A stretch of 62,887 nucleotides of DNA, filler included, from Phoronis australis (GCA_002633005.1; 5 parts of 5 records of this genome joined end to end with filler, not necessarily neighbours in it); one strand, 5' to 3'; counted from the whole stretch's first letter, positions 25,815-38,700 are shown. The notes: generated by a model not told the origin, from the letters alone. Made by a program: numbers and translations.

Positions 25815-28459
25815 CCCTATCATGCATGAACACATGGAAAATAACAAACTTTTGATTTCCTGTGGATGTAAGGAGGTTTTGGGGTTGAAGATTGAGGAAA
25901 TTCAACTATTTTGAATTTTTTGATGGAACAAAGCTATAGCGGCATGGTCACTCAAGTAACCAATATGCACCAGAAGATCAACGAAGTCATAAAAGTAAAA
26001 AAAGCCAAACACCTATTATTTCTTCATTTAAAAGTGTACACACATGAACTTTGATCGCCTACTGCAGACAGGAAACTTGCATCGCTTGGGAACCTCAGCT
26101 AGCTGACGAGGCAAGTGACCGTACCCGTCGTAGCGCACAGTGTTGAGGACATTTCGTTTACTTGGTTGATCTTTCACCGCATTACACCAGACAACAGGTC
26201 GTGGATTTGCAATCCCCTGAATCACACTCATGGCGACAGCAACCTTGAACTGGTACAGCTGGCAATTATAATTAATCAATGCACGGAGCATTGCCCATGC
26301 ATTGACACAGCAGACATCTTTGAAATGCCAGACCAATCGCTTGTACCACTTTCTGCTTTTGTGGTGGATACGGTATAAGGATATCAACATGTCACACTTG
26401 TCTACTCGTCCCATGTACGTGTTGTAAGCTTTGGCAATACTAGGGCATGACACATCAATATGTTCCTTGTCTTTTCTGTTGTAACGACGTGCATTTGCAG
26501 AGGGTTCAACGGATATTTTATTTGACACAATAGATACCATTTTGTTATCATACCATACACACACTACAACTCCGTCGGCACTCAGAAATTGACAAGAACC
26601 TCTGGGCAGCTGCTTCAGTTCTCATTCAGAAAGCAGAGGACATTTTCCACGCCGATTGGCTCGGATGGTGCATGTGCCATGTAAGCCTCTGTCCTTGAGC
26701 TCTTTTAAAAGCTCCGGCGATGCAAAATAGTTGTCAAAGTAGAGACATGTGTTGTGAGGTAAACCACGTGAAAGTTCCAAAACAACCTGTCCACTGCGTC
26801 CAATTGATTCATTGACTGGTTCGCTAACAATGGAGTTGTCGCCCTGAATTTGAAATTGATGCACGAATCCAGAGTGGCCGGCAAGACACCATATCTTATA
26901 TCCCCACTTCTTAGGTTTATTTTGCATATACACCTTCAGCGAGTGGTGGCCTTTAAAGGGTACGATCTGTTCATCAACCGACATATTATTTTCAAACTCA
27001 GCACACTCTTGAAAGTTTTTGTTGAGGATGTCAATAAGTGGACTTACTTTGTATAGCCTGTCATAGCCAGGTGTTCCACGTCCAGGCTCCAGTGCGTTGT
27101 CGTTGACATGGAGCAGACTCATTATTTCTTCAAACCTATTAACTGGCATGACATCTGCAATCTTGTCAAATCTGGTCTGCTCAGACCAGTAGTCCCGCCG
27201 CGATGGCATCTTAACCACTGACATAAAAATGATAATGCCAACAAATTTTCTCATCTCCTCATGGGTAATCACTTTCATCCGCTCTTTGCCAAGTTGAAGT
27301 TTTAATCGATTGCTTTCAACAGTCAAAAGTTCGATAGTCTCTTCACCAGCCATGGCATTGAAGAACTCTATTTTATCATGGCAGCCTAGAATCGGATCTT
27401 TTCCATAAAGGCCATCAACCGGTATGTCGTTTACGGTAAATTCCGGCAGGTCTTCCTCAATCCAGTTCCAAACTTTTCTTTGTCTGAAAATCATAAATGG
27501 TAAACATGGCTATGGTACCATCAAAATGTCGAGGCAGTTTCAGCATCTAATTTAGATTTCCCTACCTCAACTAAGTATATTAATGAGCCTACATCTCTGT
27601 ATTATCCAGTAAAAAAGAATCAACACTTATTCAAAATGTACACAGCCATTGTCCTTGCTTTTTGTTACTAGCTTCCTTCTTTTACTTTATTGACGGGCCC
27701 GGGTCTTCATCATCATCATCATCATCATTCTTACTGACAGTATTTCCATTTACATCATTAGGCCCAGCATCATCAACATCACCATCTTCATCACTTTCAG
27801 ATGAGTCAGAGGGTGAATAGCTCTCCCCACTTTCAGCGTCAGAATCAGATAATCTCTCATCATCGCTACCACTTGGAATATTATCATCAGCACTAATGTC
27901 TTGAACCACTTCAGCAAGTGTTTTGGATCTCCTGAAATGTTGGGCATGTGTACATTGGTGAAAAAATAAATGCAGGCAATAAATTAATCAGAATCAGACT
28001 ATTAACAACCATGCTATGAAATGCACACCTCCTTTTAGGAACTTCGAGCTCACACTGGTTACTTTAATAACCATTGTGGGAGAACCCCATGCGCATGATG
28101 GTCACTTCAGTAAGCCGAGCAAAAAACGTGACCTTGCAGTGTAATAAGATGGATTTTGTTCAAAATAATGAGTGGTGGATGTGCTTGGTACACATTTGAA
28201 TCAAATTATTCATATAGTATGTCTTGGTTACACAAAATTCGAGATATATTTGACATTTTAATCACTTTGATTCACACTCACCTTTTCCTCATGGAAGCTG
28301 CCATCTTGGATTGCCTTTGTGCTACACTTCAGTCATCTGTTGGCTGATTGAGTTAGTTACTTGAGTGACAAAAATGAATTGGGGGTTGGTAGGCCATATT
28401 GTTTGGGAGGGAGGGGCCCCAAAATTTGGTTAATTGAGTGACCCGTTTGCAAGAAAGGG
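25815..28459 (-). mobile_element. piggyBac transposon with near-complete, apparently spliced transposase
   Basis: ORFs 26622-27494 and 26028-26564 are in one frame, separated by a single TGA. DDD triad SVDEQ / YFDNYF / GRVDKCD; KPKKWGYK; truncated Cys-rich tail; acidic N-terminal segment at 27682-27909. Left end TTAA|CCCTATCATGCA, right end TGCAAGAAAGGG; subterminal ggtcactcaagtaacc inverted repeats. Confidence 0.9.
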
Positions 28460-29100
28460 TCTTCGCCCGCAATTGATTTTGTTTGTCTAACGCCAAACTG
28501 CATCTTTTTGCGTTTTTTAAGTTAGTCACCGGTCTCCTATCACGCGCTCATGATGATGGATTAGTGAGTGAGTTGTTACACCGCGAAGAGCTCTTACTCC
28601 GGGGATTTCATTTTCATAGTATTAACCCTTGCAGTACAAACGCGAAATTCACGGTCCAGTATGCCCTAAACCCACGGACTTCGATGGCTCTAACTTCGAA
28701 ATCATATTATGGTTACGATTTTCACGAACTAAGACGGTGACATCACCCCTGTTGAGGCTGCAGGCAATTGCAGCTTTGCGCATTCCGTTTTCATGTATCG
28801 GTGACGTTAAAATCCGGGCTAGCAGTTACACGTAGTCCCCTATCAGTTGGTCGTTCACGTTGTTCCAAAAATAATTATTTTCTGTCAACAACATATTGAC
28901 AAATTATGCAAAATAAAATAATTGTGAACGGGAAGATGTGAATACGTGATGAAGAAGTATTCACTACGCGGCATATGTGTGCAAACCTTTGGTAAAATGA
29001 TTGCGATGGCAAAAAATGATAGAAAATACACAGAGGTGGACTTTTGAGAAGCAAAGCGTCTGGTGATATTGATAGCGTATGATCTGGCCACCTTAGCTAG

Positions 29101-29982
29101 AATGAGAAGTGGCAACTACAAAATAAAAATAAAAAATAAATGAATCATGCTTGTATATATATATATCGCCACCCCCCCTTCCCGAGTTTTGCGCATTCTA
29201 ATGAGTCACCACTCGAGATTTGGTTCCATTTCTGTCATAAAATCGCAGAATACTTCTTCTGTTCTCAGCTGTAAGAAAAAGTACTATTTTTTGAACCGGT
29301 GCTCAGTCTTAAAAAAGTTTCCAGCATGAAATGAAATGCCAAGTACATGCAGCGTTGTAAGACAGAGACGTTGGCATTTCCGTATGTCCACAAAAGTGCT
29401 TTGAGTACAGTGTACAAATTTGTTCATTTCGCTTTTCTACACCGACGACTATGGTCAACTCGGTGTTTTAAAAAACTACACTTTTGAGGACATTTTCAAA
29501 AATAAATGTTTGGTTGATGAATTCAGCGAGTCGGTGTCCACGGGCAGAAAACGGTATCTGCGTAAAGATAGAGTTGCGTTTTCAAAACATTCAGAGCATG
29601 ACCTCAAGGACTACCTGAGACTGGTATTCTTGTCAAATGAATATGTATAGCTCTTGGAAAACTGTTACCCCGACGAAATGTGCAAAATACGAACGTCATT
29701 TACGGGAGGTTGTACTAGAAGTGATTCGTTGCAGTTGAGCAGCCACGGGATAGTAAAAACACTGTGCTGTACACTAGTTAGCTGAATGGAAAGCTGAAGC
29801 GAAAACATGCAGAACACACATTTTCTCTTCAGGAATTGAAATCTCTGTAGAATCAAAATTAATTGGCAACCAGGATTCATTGTGCCAGAAAACTTATCAG
29901 GCCAGGAGAGAGAGTTGTTTTCAAGCCTGGAGGCTACGTAATCACCCGTTATGCAACGGTGACAATCCAGTGTGTACCTATA
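29101..29982 (+). repeat. Dispersed repeat copy 2 (see 16251-18262)
   Basis: Shares aatgagaagtggcaactaca...cattctaatgagtcaccact and the gatgaattcagcgagtcggtg...ctcaaggactacctgaga...gacaatc block. Confidence 0.75.
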
Positions 29983-30055
29983 CAGTGCTGATCGAATCCA
30001 ATGTCCTATCGAACGAACTTCAGCCTCAGTCAGGCCTCGGGTGACCTTCAACCGG

Positions 30056-30155
30056 NNNNNNNNNNNNNNNNNNNNNNNNNNNNNNNNNNNNNNNNNNNNT
30101 TAATTAATTAANNNNNNNNNNNNNNNNNNNNNNNNNNNNNNNNNNNNNNNNNNNN
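30056..30155. other. Artificial contig spacer
   Basis: 100 nt of N containing TTAATTAATTAA (stop in all six frames). Confidence 0.97.
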
Positions 30156-30378
30156 AGTTTATTATTGCTTAGGATGCATAATGGTAGCTTGAGTATAACT
30201 GAGTTTATTATTGCTTAGGATGCATAATGGTAGCTTGAGTATAACTGAGTTTATTATTGCTTAGGATGCATAATGGTAGGTTGAGTATAACTGACAGTTT
30301 ATCACTGCTTAGGATGCATAATGGTAGCTTGAGTATAACTGGCAGTTTATTATTGCTTAGGATGCATAATGGGAGCTT
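30156..30378 (+). repeat. 46-48-bp minisatellite (agtttattattgcttaggatgcataatggtagcttgagtataactg)
   Basis: More than 4 copies running into the gap; about 2.5 further copies at 40307-40423. Confidence 0.9.
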
Positions 30379-31019
30379 GTCATGGCAGGCTTATTTCAGC
30401 CTCTGAAGCAATACAGTTGTCACTTAAATGCCAGGTCAGCGTTCGATTTGGCAACCTGCATGTCGTCAATGCGACCTCAAATTGTGTTTGGCGACCAGAG
30501 AAAAATTCCAGGTCGCCATGAAATCGCCACTGCAAGTATCAAAGCCAGACTATAATTCACTCTAAGTTTCCTTCAAAGTTCGTGTTGAGTTGCAAACTTG
30601 AAACTACTAACAATTTTCCTAGAATTATAACCTTTGATTCACAATTGTTCTGTTTATTTCGTGAAATCTGCACATTTGCTAGGTCGCCAAATGCAACTTG
30701 ACATTAAGAAGGTGCATGGTCTATGTGCCTATATGAAATTCAAATTTGATTTTAATGTTAACAGTAAAAACAGACAATGCGTAAAGATGTCTCACTTCTC
30801 TGACATGTTACTGCGTTTGTCGACGGACAATTCTCTTAGCCCTTGAATAACAGATGTCTGTTCATTTTTACTTTTAAGCTGTCGACATTTTTTCTTAACA
30901 TCAGCAAGAGACTGTGACTTTTTCTTGTCCTTTTTAATCTTTTTCTTCTCCGTCACCTGTAGAGAATGTTGTTATTACAAGACATGTATAACGATTACTT
31001 TGCGTCAGAAAATGAAGCA
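30265..31019 (+). repeat. Direct repeat copy A of a ~10.06-kb duplication (copy B 40307-41076)
   Basis: Near-identical to 40307-41076 apart from scattered substitutions and one short indel near 40831-40842. The offset is 10,057 bp at the exon acceptor. Confidence 0.92.
30792..30956 (-). CDS. Candidate terminal exon of a Lys-rich microprotein (copy A)
   Basis: ctacag| acceptor; VTEKKKIKKDKKKSQSLADVKKKCRQLKSKNEQTSVIQGLRELSVDKRSNMSEK*; AATAAA at 30653-30658; frame and stop conserved in copy B. Confidence 0.5.
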   Translation of the reverse strand: MTEKKKIKKDKKKSQSLADVKKKCRQLKSKNEQTSVIQGLRELSVDKRSNMSEK

Positions 31020-31083
31020 CAAAGAGATGATACATAAAATGTTAGTCAAACATGAGTCACGAATAGGTAACAATGGTCAAGAG

Positions 31084-31518
31084 TAAAATACAGTCTAAAT
31101 TTGATCAAATCATAAAATACAGTCTAAATTTGATCAAATCATAAAATACAGTCTAAATTTGATCAAATCATAAAATACAGTCTAAATTTGATCAAATCAT
31201 AAAATACAGTCTAAATTTGATCAAATNAGTCTAAATTTGATCAAATCATAAAATACAGTCTAAATTTGATCAAATCATAAAATACAGTCTAAATTTGATC
31301 AAATCATAAAATACAGTCTAAATTTGATCAAATCATAAAATACAGTCTAAATTTGATCAAATCATAAAATACAGTCTAAATTTGATCAAATCATAAAATA
31401 CAGTCTAAATTTGATCAAATCATAAAATACAGTCTAAATTTGATCAAATCATAAAATACAGTCTAAATTTGATCAAATCATAAAATACAGTCTAAATTTG
31501 ATCAAATCATAAAATACG
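31084..31518 (+). repeat. 29-bp minisatellite (taaaatacagtctaaatttgatcaaatca), about 15 copies
   Basis: Essentially identical head-to-tail units with no spacers; each contains the palindrome atttgatcaaat. Confidence 0.97.
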
Positions 31519-32095
31519 GCAACTTCAGCCTACTGTATACTTCTCAGAGAGTTCATTCAGGACTATAACATCCTTCCAGCTTAAGACCTAAACATCAATT
31601 AACATACACTTGTCACAAAACTCTCCCTGCCACTGAAGCAGTTATTAGGTTTCTACCATCGAAAAGTATTGAAAACTCCTGTCACTGAAATGACAAGAGA
31701 TTCATCTGGAACACCTCTGGTGTTTTCGAGGCCTCGAATTATATCTCGAGGGTGTTTCATACTATGCACGAATCTCAGCCACTGCATTAAGTCGTCAAGT
31801 CACCCAGTGATGTAAATGAAATCTCACAATGGAAGAAAGATTTAGAACACGCTGGGATACTAGTCTGGTGAAGCATGCCACAAGGTACACTAGGGATAAA
31901 AAATGATGTTGTGTACAACTTTTGAGGCCTAGTACTAGTAGACTGAAATCGTGATATTTAAACGTCTCCTGAACAAATCCAGCTGCACCTTTGACGGATT
32001 ATTGGAGGTTTAAAAAATACCACAGGATTCTACTTAGGCAGAATTTAGGAAGAATCAAGTACTCTGGTCATAATTTAGGGTCTGTGACACTTTTA

Positions 32096-32517
32096 CAAGG
32101 TACCTAAACTACACGGTTACCGGACTCATAAACACGGTTACGGACGCATGAACATGACTCACGTACCTGCAAACACCGTTCACTGACTCACAAACATGAG
32201 AACAGACTCACAAAACACGATCCAATCACCAAAAACACGGGACACGGACTCACATTTCACGGAAAAACACGGTTAACGGACCGCCAAACACAGGTCATGG
32301 ACTCATCGGCTTTCTGGGTCAGCTGACATCTACATTTTGTCTGTTTGGCGGTCTGTTAACCGTGTTTTCTTCGTGAATATGAGTCCGTGTCCCGTATATT
32401 TGGGTGAACGGATTGCGTTTTGTGAGTCCGTTCACGTGTTTGTGAGTCAGTTGACGGTGTTTGCAGGTACATCAGTCGTGTTCATGAGTCCGTTAACCGT
32501 GTAGTTTAGGTACCTTG
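32096..32517. mobile_element. Foldback MITE (422 bp)
   Basis: caaggtacctaaactacacggtta...taaccgtgtagtttaggtaccttg; the arms pair almost to the centre; tttta on both flanks (possible 5-bp TSD). Confidence 0.85.
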
Positions 32518-33068
32518 TTTTAGTGACATGACTGCATGCTGAATGATCTGTTTGATAGTTGAACGGCATTTTCTTGCATAGTGTGGAAATCTCTGATGAG
32601 TAAAATGTTTTGAAATTTGATCAATGTGAAAGAGTGAAATGTCCTTGTAACTAATCCTAGAAATAGTGACTAAATTTTACCGGAATAAGATGCGACATTT
32701 GTTGGCATTCAGAATGCCAGCAAATCTGTGTCCCGAGGAAAAACTATATCCAAAGAAAACTTTGCCAAGAAAAATTCTGGGATTACGTCAGGCAATTTTC
32801 ACATGGAAATGTCACCGTCATGGAATAAAAGGCACTGTCATGGAACGACAATACCAGTCACCAAAGACAGGGCACCTCCAAGGTAATATGTCCCAAACAG
32901 GAGGGGAAAAACACCATGGAATCACTGCTGGTTCACAGGCCAAGACATCCAATTGGTTCTTGAGGACGACTTTCCAGCTTGCAAACTGAGCAGATGTCTT
33001 AGCCAGTTCACCCGTTGGATTCAACCATATGAATGCACAGAGTCTATAATCTAACATTACTTACTCAC

Positions 33069-33107
33069 CTCTGGAGCAGTGACTGAATCTTGTGTAGCTT
33101 CATCCAT
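33069..33107 (-). CDS. Candidate first coding exon of the Lys-rich microprotein
   Basis: 48-bp exon 33069-33116 (tttag| ... CCAGAG|gtgagt) with an in-frame TGA before ATG; MDEATQDSVTAPE, phase 0, compatible with the exon at 30956. Confidence 0.45.
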
Positions 33108-34261
33108 CAGCTTTCACTAAATAAATGCTAAACGATAAAAGAGTAGTTATAAAACATGAATACAAAAGATTATAGTAAACGTTTTAGAGCGATATGCTCT
33201 TTGTCAACAGTAGGAGGTAAAACTTCAATAACTGGGTGGAGTAAAAACTTGTACTACAAAAGGACGGGCGAGGATGACAACCTATGGATACTTGATCACA
33301 AAGGTACCTTGTTTACCAATGTGGACACGTGCATGTTTTGGGGAGCGTCCGTTAAGTATCGAGAACGATGTCACATATGTATGCTCTTGAGCCCTGCTGG
33401 GCTGAAGACCTGACATTGCAAGTTCCCAAAATTCCATTTCTCAAACTATTGACATTCACCCAGGGATAATTGGAAACAAAAATACCAAATCTGTGCATGT
33501 GCGAGCTTCTATCAGAACAGCAAAGTCACATGACAGTCAAAATGAAGAATGCCACCAACAATACAATGGTGTACCCCTGTTGTACATCGGTTTTTTGCTT
33601 GATAATGGTCAATTTTCTCTTGGACGAGATCCCGGCTTTTAAAGCACAAGTACAGTACAACTGAGGACTACACGAAGCAGACCAAATGACATCACATTAT
33701 GGGTTTTGTGATGCTAGGCATATAGTCATGATGGTAAATAACCATCAGTTGACAGAAGAAGAAATTTTCTACCAGGATAGTAAACTTTATATGCGTCAAA
33801 TACTAGCAGTTGTTCACTAGTGTCATGATACGAGGCAGAAATGTACGGGTCCCTAGTTAAGAGAAGCAGTTTCATCCACTGAATAACACTATATCTGACC
33901 AGAGACAGCGCCACCTGTAGGCTGAACCTCGAGCAAATAATAAGGGTGGAAGACCACATCTGGGCACAGGCAACTCGAACGATACTGTTATATATGACCT
34001 CCCTAGCAGGTACAACAAAGAATATCATCTTTTAAACTTTGATTTCCTTTGTTCTAAGATGAGTCCACACCTACCTATCCCTCCTCCNCCCCCAACCAAA
34101 TGTAATGCTTCACGATTTCTGGGTTTGTCCTTAATTTTCTTGTATGTTCTGTGAATTCTTCAATGAAAATATATCACCTTAAAAGAAACCCAATGCAACA
34201 CCACTCCCTAGGCCCTCTTCTTTCGCGTCTGCCTATTGCATGTGGATATCAAGTTTCCTTG

Positions 34262-34442
34262 TGTATTCCAAGTTCATGCATACAAGATCTTGAGATTAAG
34301 CAGGATTTCAAGTTCACCCACAGGTGATGCACAGCAGTGACAACAAGACAGTTGTAGACAGTGCCACTCAGCTGTGCATGAATTTGGAATCCTGCTTAAT
34401 CTCAAGATTAAGCGGAAGTGAGTGTTGCGTGAACTTGGAATT
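34262..34442. repeat. Imperfect hairpin element; one arm repeated at ~34733-34790
   Basis: ttccaagttcatgca...atcttgagattaagcaggatt.caagttca mirrored by tgaatttggaatcctgcttaatctcaagat...cgtgaacttggaa. Confidence 0.6.
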
Positions 34443-34848
34443 GAATATTCTTTAAGGCAAAAGGGTGAAATTTTTGTTCGGTGAAAAGAATTTTTGTAAT
34501 TGGCCTTGAAATCAACCATTTTCTCCTTTACCGTAACTTGTGTCGCTAAACCGGAGGAATATGTGAATGGCTAAATAGATTATTGTTTGGTGAAACTGCA
34601 TTGCCTGTAGTTGAAAAGGTTGGTTAAAATTGACATTATTTTATTCACACGTAACTTGATTTAGTGCAGTGCAGATTTTTATGAACATGAAATTCATTAT
34701 TTGAGGGAACTTGTCAAGTTGCCTCGCGTATTCGAAGTTCATGCAACTCTCACTCCCGAGATTAAGCAAGATTCCAAGTTCACGTACAGCACCATCGCCT
34801 CGGCTCGTCGAGTCCCAACAGGCTGCACACTGTATATCGTCCGGTTAC

Positions 34849-34890
34849 CTATTTTCGTCAGGCTCCAAAGTTCGTCCGCCATCTTGTTTC
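34849..34890 (-). promoter_or_regulatory. YY1-type motif (AAGATGGCGG) in a CpG-rich patch followed by a splice donor; candidate first exon/promoter
   Basis: ccgccatctt at 34876-34885; ATAG|gtaacc donor at 34849/34848. Confidence 0.3.
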
Positions 34891-35668
34891 GCGTGCAGCG
34901 CAACCACGCGGGACTTAGCGTTCCAATTTGGAGTGCTCGTCTGCACGTTAGGTACTAACTTATCGGAAGAGACACGTATCAAAGTAATGAGACAAAAATC
35001 GGTGAGTTTACCGATTGTTTTTTAAAACCACTTAAAAATCAGTAGATTTTACTAATACACTTTTTTGTGCGTTTTCAGAAGATGTTTTCGAATTTAAATT
35101 TTCTTCCGACGGGACACAAAACATGATCCAGGGTTTGTTTATGCAATGTATCTGTTTGTCCCAGGCACTAGTAGGATCTAGAAGGCCAAAGGAAAAATCC
35201 GCAGACAAATGCGATACGCTGGGTTCTTAACATTTTTGCCTCACGTTCACCATTAAACTGCATTGAAATGTTGTCCAATTGGCTTTTATTGGAAACCACA
35301 GTGCAGAGCTCAACATCAAAGCTTCAAATCGAGTTTATGTCAATAAAAACAGGCTGTTGCAATTTTCATTACTTCGTTGGCCTTTTTCTGCATGTTTCTC
35401 AGTTTTTACAAAAGGGGGCAGCATATGACGAACTTAGGTGTCACAATAAAATGGCTGCCGAAGGCAGTGCACATTTGAAATAACTCGGCACAAATTAAAG
35501 AAAACTTCCGAATCGATGAATGCGGTATATCTGTGAGAGTTAAATCGAATCCTATTCAGATCATAACTTTGAAGTGGAATAATTCGGTGAGTACAACAGC
35601 AAGTCGGTTTTATGCTTAGGCGGACGAACATTGGGTTCCCCAGTATACATGACACAGTAGTCACAGGA

Positions 35669-35756
35669 ATCCTCAGCTTCTGATCGTCCCCAATACACTA
35701 TGTATAATAGTACGTAGTTTTATATAGTGTATTGGGGACGATCAGAAGCTGAGGAT
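35669..35756. repeat. Perfect 33-bp inverted repeat with a 22-nt loop
   Basis: atcctcagcttctgatcgtccccaatacactat (35669-35701) pairs with atagtgtattggggacgatcagaagctgaggat (35724-35756). Confidence 0.92.
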
Positions 35757-38700
35757 GTCTGTGAGTAGAGACAGAGTAGTGAGTAGACAACATGTGACTT
35801 CTTAACCCCTCGGCCTCGGGTGGCTGCGGTATTCAGAGCGATGTAATTACCGAGCCTAAAGACTTTAGTTCGGCCATCCCAAAAACCATGGTGCAATAAG
35901 TACCTTCTGCGCACAGACTCCGAGTTGAAGATCGTAGAGCCTTTGAAATAACAGATAACAGTGTTGTGTGCTTTCGTCGCTGTTCACTTCTTCGCAAAGT
36001 GGAAAGGGATCAGTTTTTGAAGTGGGGAGATAAAAATCGAAACGGACACGCCTGACATCTGGTGGAAAGTGGTTATCACCTGAGCATCGGGCGATATGGG
36101 ACTGACTCCGAAAAGATGTTTTTCCTACTAGAAACATATCCCTAAATAGGTTTCCTTTTTCGAATTCATTCTCTAGCTGTCACCCTGCCGTCGGTCGGTC
36201 AAAAATATTGTTGAGTACACTCGGGTCTCATGTTCATACTCGGCAGAAGTCTAAAGTAGCCTACTTATTTGATTTTTTGGTGCGGGGCTGCCTGCACGGG
36301 CTTTCAAATTCGGTGGGGCCCGCGGCGCTCACGTACAAGGTCATACATGTATTCAACCATCCTGGTAGTTCTCACAAGATTAATTTCGTTGCAGGAATTG
36401 CCTCAGTTATACTTAGTTTCCAAGTGACTTCCTACTATACGTCTGCCGCTTCTACACAAAACGTTTTCACAGCCTTACTAAACATTTTACCGAGATGCCC
36501 CTCATTATGAAAAGGAAATAAAAAATTGAATAGACTTCTAGCCGATTATACTAGTTTTTAGCTATCCTCAAGTAGTGACGAACGCGCAGGCAACTGACTT
36601 CTAATAAACCTAAGTTAGTCTAGCGCACCAACGTCTCACTTTTGGTGGCATGCAGGCCCTTGACTGATTCCACTGGCATACACGGCATCCAGCCTAAAAT
36701 ATGAGGGGGTTCGAATTCTTGAGAATGTGGACCGCTACTTCAAAAAAAAAAAAACGGCGTACGTAGACTACGGCAGGGAAATGAATTTTGCAGTCGCAGA
36801 CTCCTGCCTTCTTTAAAATTAATGGACTTTTTTCTCGGCGCACCCCGGCGCCAAATGAGTAGGCTCCTTCGAGCCCACGAGACCCCCCTGGGTACACGCA
36901 TGCATTTCACTATGTTATGTTAGCTGTTGGTATTGCAAAATAAGTTACGTTTTTTTCAGCATTGAACCAAAATCGTTATCCCCTTCACAGCATCACTGAG
37001 CTGGCCCCAAAAGGCCGCCATTGAAGTTCTTAATCCAGAAATGCTTAGTAAAGTTGCTACTGATATAGCCGTCTAAACAAGCAATATAGAGCAATTGTAA
37101 TTTAAACTGTTAATGGTAATTCATTATTTTACCAAGATCTGTACAATGCAGGCTTAATCTCGAGTCTGATGACATAGATAGTCAGAATAAAATTCTTAAA
37201 TGAATACGTCGTATCAGTCCAAAAACTTGAATGGCTGAGTCGTTAAGGGCTTAATAAAACCCTGCTTACTAAATATCATGGAAATCCGTCAAGGAACACC
37301 GACGGGGCAAAAGATAGTAAAGATGCCACTGGAGCGGTAGTCAGATCCATCAGAAAGTCGACACCCATATATGTGGCACCCAATAATGTTAACCCAGGGT
37401 TCATCGTTAGAAGGCACTCAAAAGTTTTTAAGCCAAGCTTGATCGTTAAGAGACATCCAATAGTTTTTTTAAAGTGGTTTCAAAACCACTTATTGTTTTA
37501 TTACTTTATTGTATTATATCACTGTTTTATATTTTGTTGTTGAGGGCCCTCTTGGGAATTGATACTGAAGAGGCCACCCTCATTTTAATTATCACAATAA
37601 ATAAATAGATAAAATGTTGATCCTTAGCGGGTGGTATTGGTCTACTTAACAGAGTGACTTTAACAGAAGACAACACAAGGCCACCACGTAAGTTCACTGT
37701 AGTTCACAGTCCTATAGTACCTCTTTTGTACTGAACGATTATCCATCTATGAGTACTGTGGCGGTGCGAACAGAATACCATGACCTGAAACTGTATTTTG
37801 CCCTGTAAAGCTGGTTAAAAACTAAAAAATGATTAGGTTTCTTTTACTGGCATGAAATATGTCTCTTACTATTCTATCGAAGTCACAGTCATAGAACTCT
37901 ATTTCCATCTACCAACAAAAACATCGAAGCTCCGGATAAGCGACACCAGGAAAGACGCTTCATTTTTAAGGTACTGACTATCCCTAAAATTGATCAGGAT
38001 CAGAAAATGCCGCTTGTGTGCATCGCCTCTAGGCCCGGAGCCACCATTGTCACTGAGGAGCGGACCTTTGATACTTTGTAAACGTCCACACTGTAATTTT
38101 CCGACGGTAAGTCCAGGGAAGGAAAATCTGGCATACATGACTCCCAGCTCAAAAGCCTGAGATGAGACGGAATTCGTAATACCAGGAAGAGATAACCAGG
38201 AAGGGACAACTAGCTAAACCGCCGTTTTTGGCCTCCTTCCCCGGACTAATTTCAGGACTTAAGTTTCGTTTAAAAAGAAACAGACGATTTTATCAGAGAG
38301 ATTGAGGCTTTTTCTATAGAATGGTATCAAAAAACTCACTTTGCAACCTTAAACAGTGGTGTAATTGTACTTTGAAAATATCGACTTCAGTGCACGCAAT
38401 CGCAATTTCCCACACGCAGTCACGGGTATTTAAGAGTGCAGTACACTTCAGACCAGGCAAAAATCCATGCAGGGGTGATAAACCCTATGTGACGGATTTG
38501 GATCATATTATGCATTTTTGTTTACTTTCTTATGGTAATTACTAAAATGCACTTTAAACAAATTTTATCGCGTTAGGTTGCTTAAAAGTCGGGTACCTCA
38601 GTTTTCACTGAAAACCACTACCAGAACTTACCCCAATAATCACAGTTTTTGTGACATTGTAAGTAATTACAGAAGCTACTAGAAAATGAAATAGCTACTG

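Noticed and set aside
30100-30111. TTAATTAATTAA recurring four times as a biological motif
   Set aside because: Always centred in 100-nt N blocks; it is an assembly linker.
30156-30378. Second repeat array as CRISPR or repetitive protein
   Set aside because: No spacers; unit length of 46-48 with stops; simple minisatellite.
31084-31518. CRISPR-like array of 29-bp partly palindromic repeats
   Set aside because: Units are head-to-tail with no unique spacers, there are no cas genes and the context is eukaryotic; it is a minisatellite.
33906-33922. CTCF-like motif cagcgccacctgtagg
   Set aside because: A single motif match is expected by chance in 60 kb and cannot be supported without binding data.
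35800-35812. Telomerase RNA template-like CTTAACCCCT
   Set aside because: Not a correct permutation of CCCTAA repeats and no supporting structure visible.
36760-36810. U1 snRNA-like CGACTGCAAAATT on the minus strand, and a nearby B-box plus poly(A)
   Set aside because: The match is only about 13 nt, with no ATACTTACCTG 5' end or Sm site; the B-box lacks a convincing A-box.
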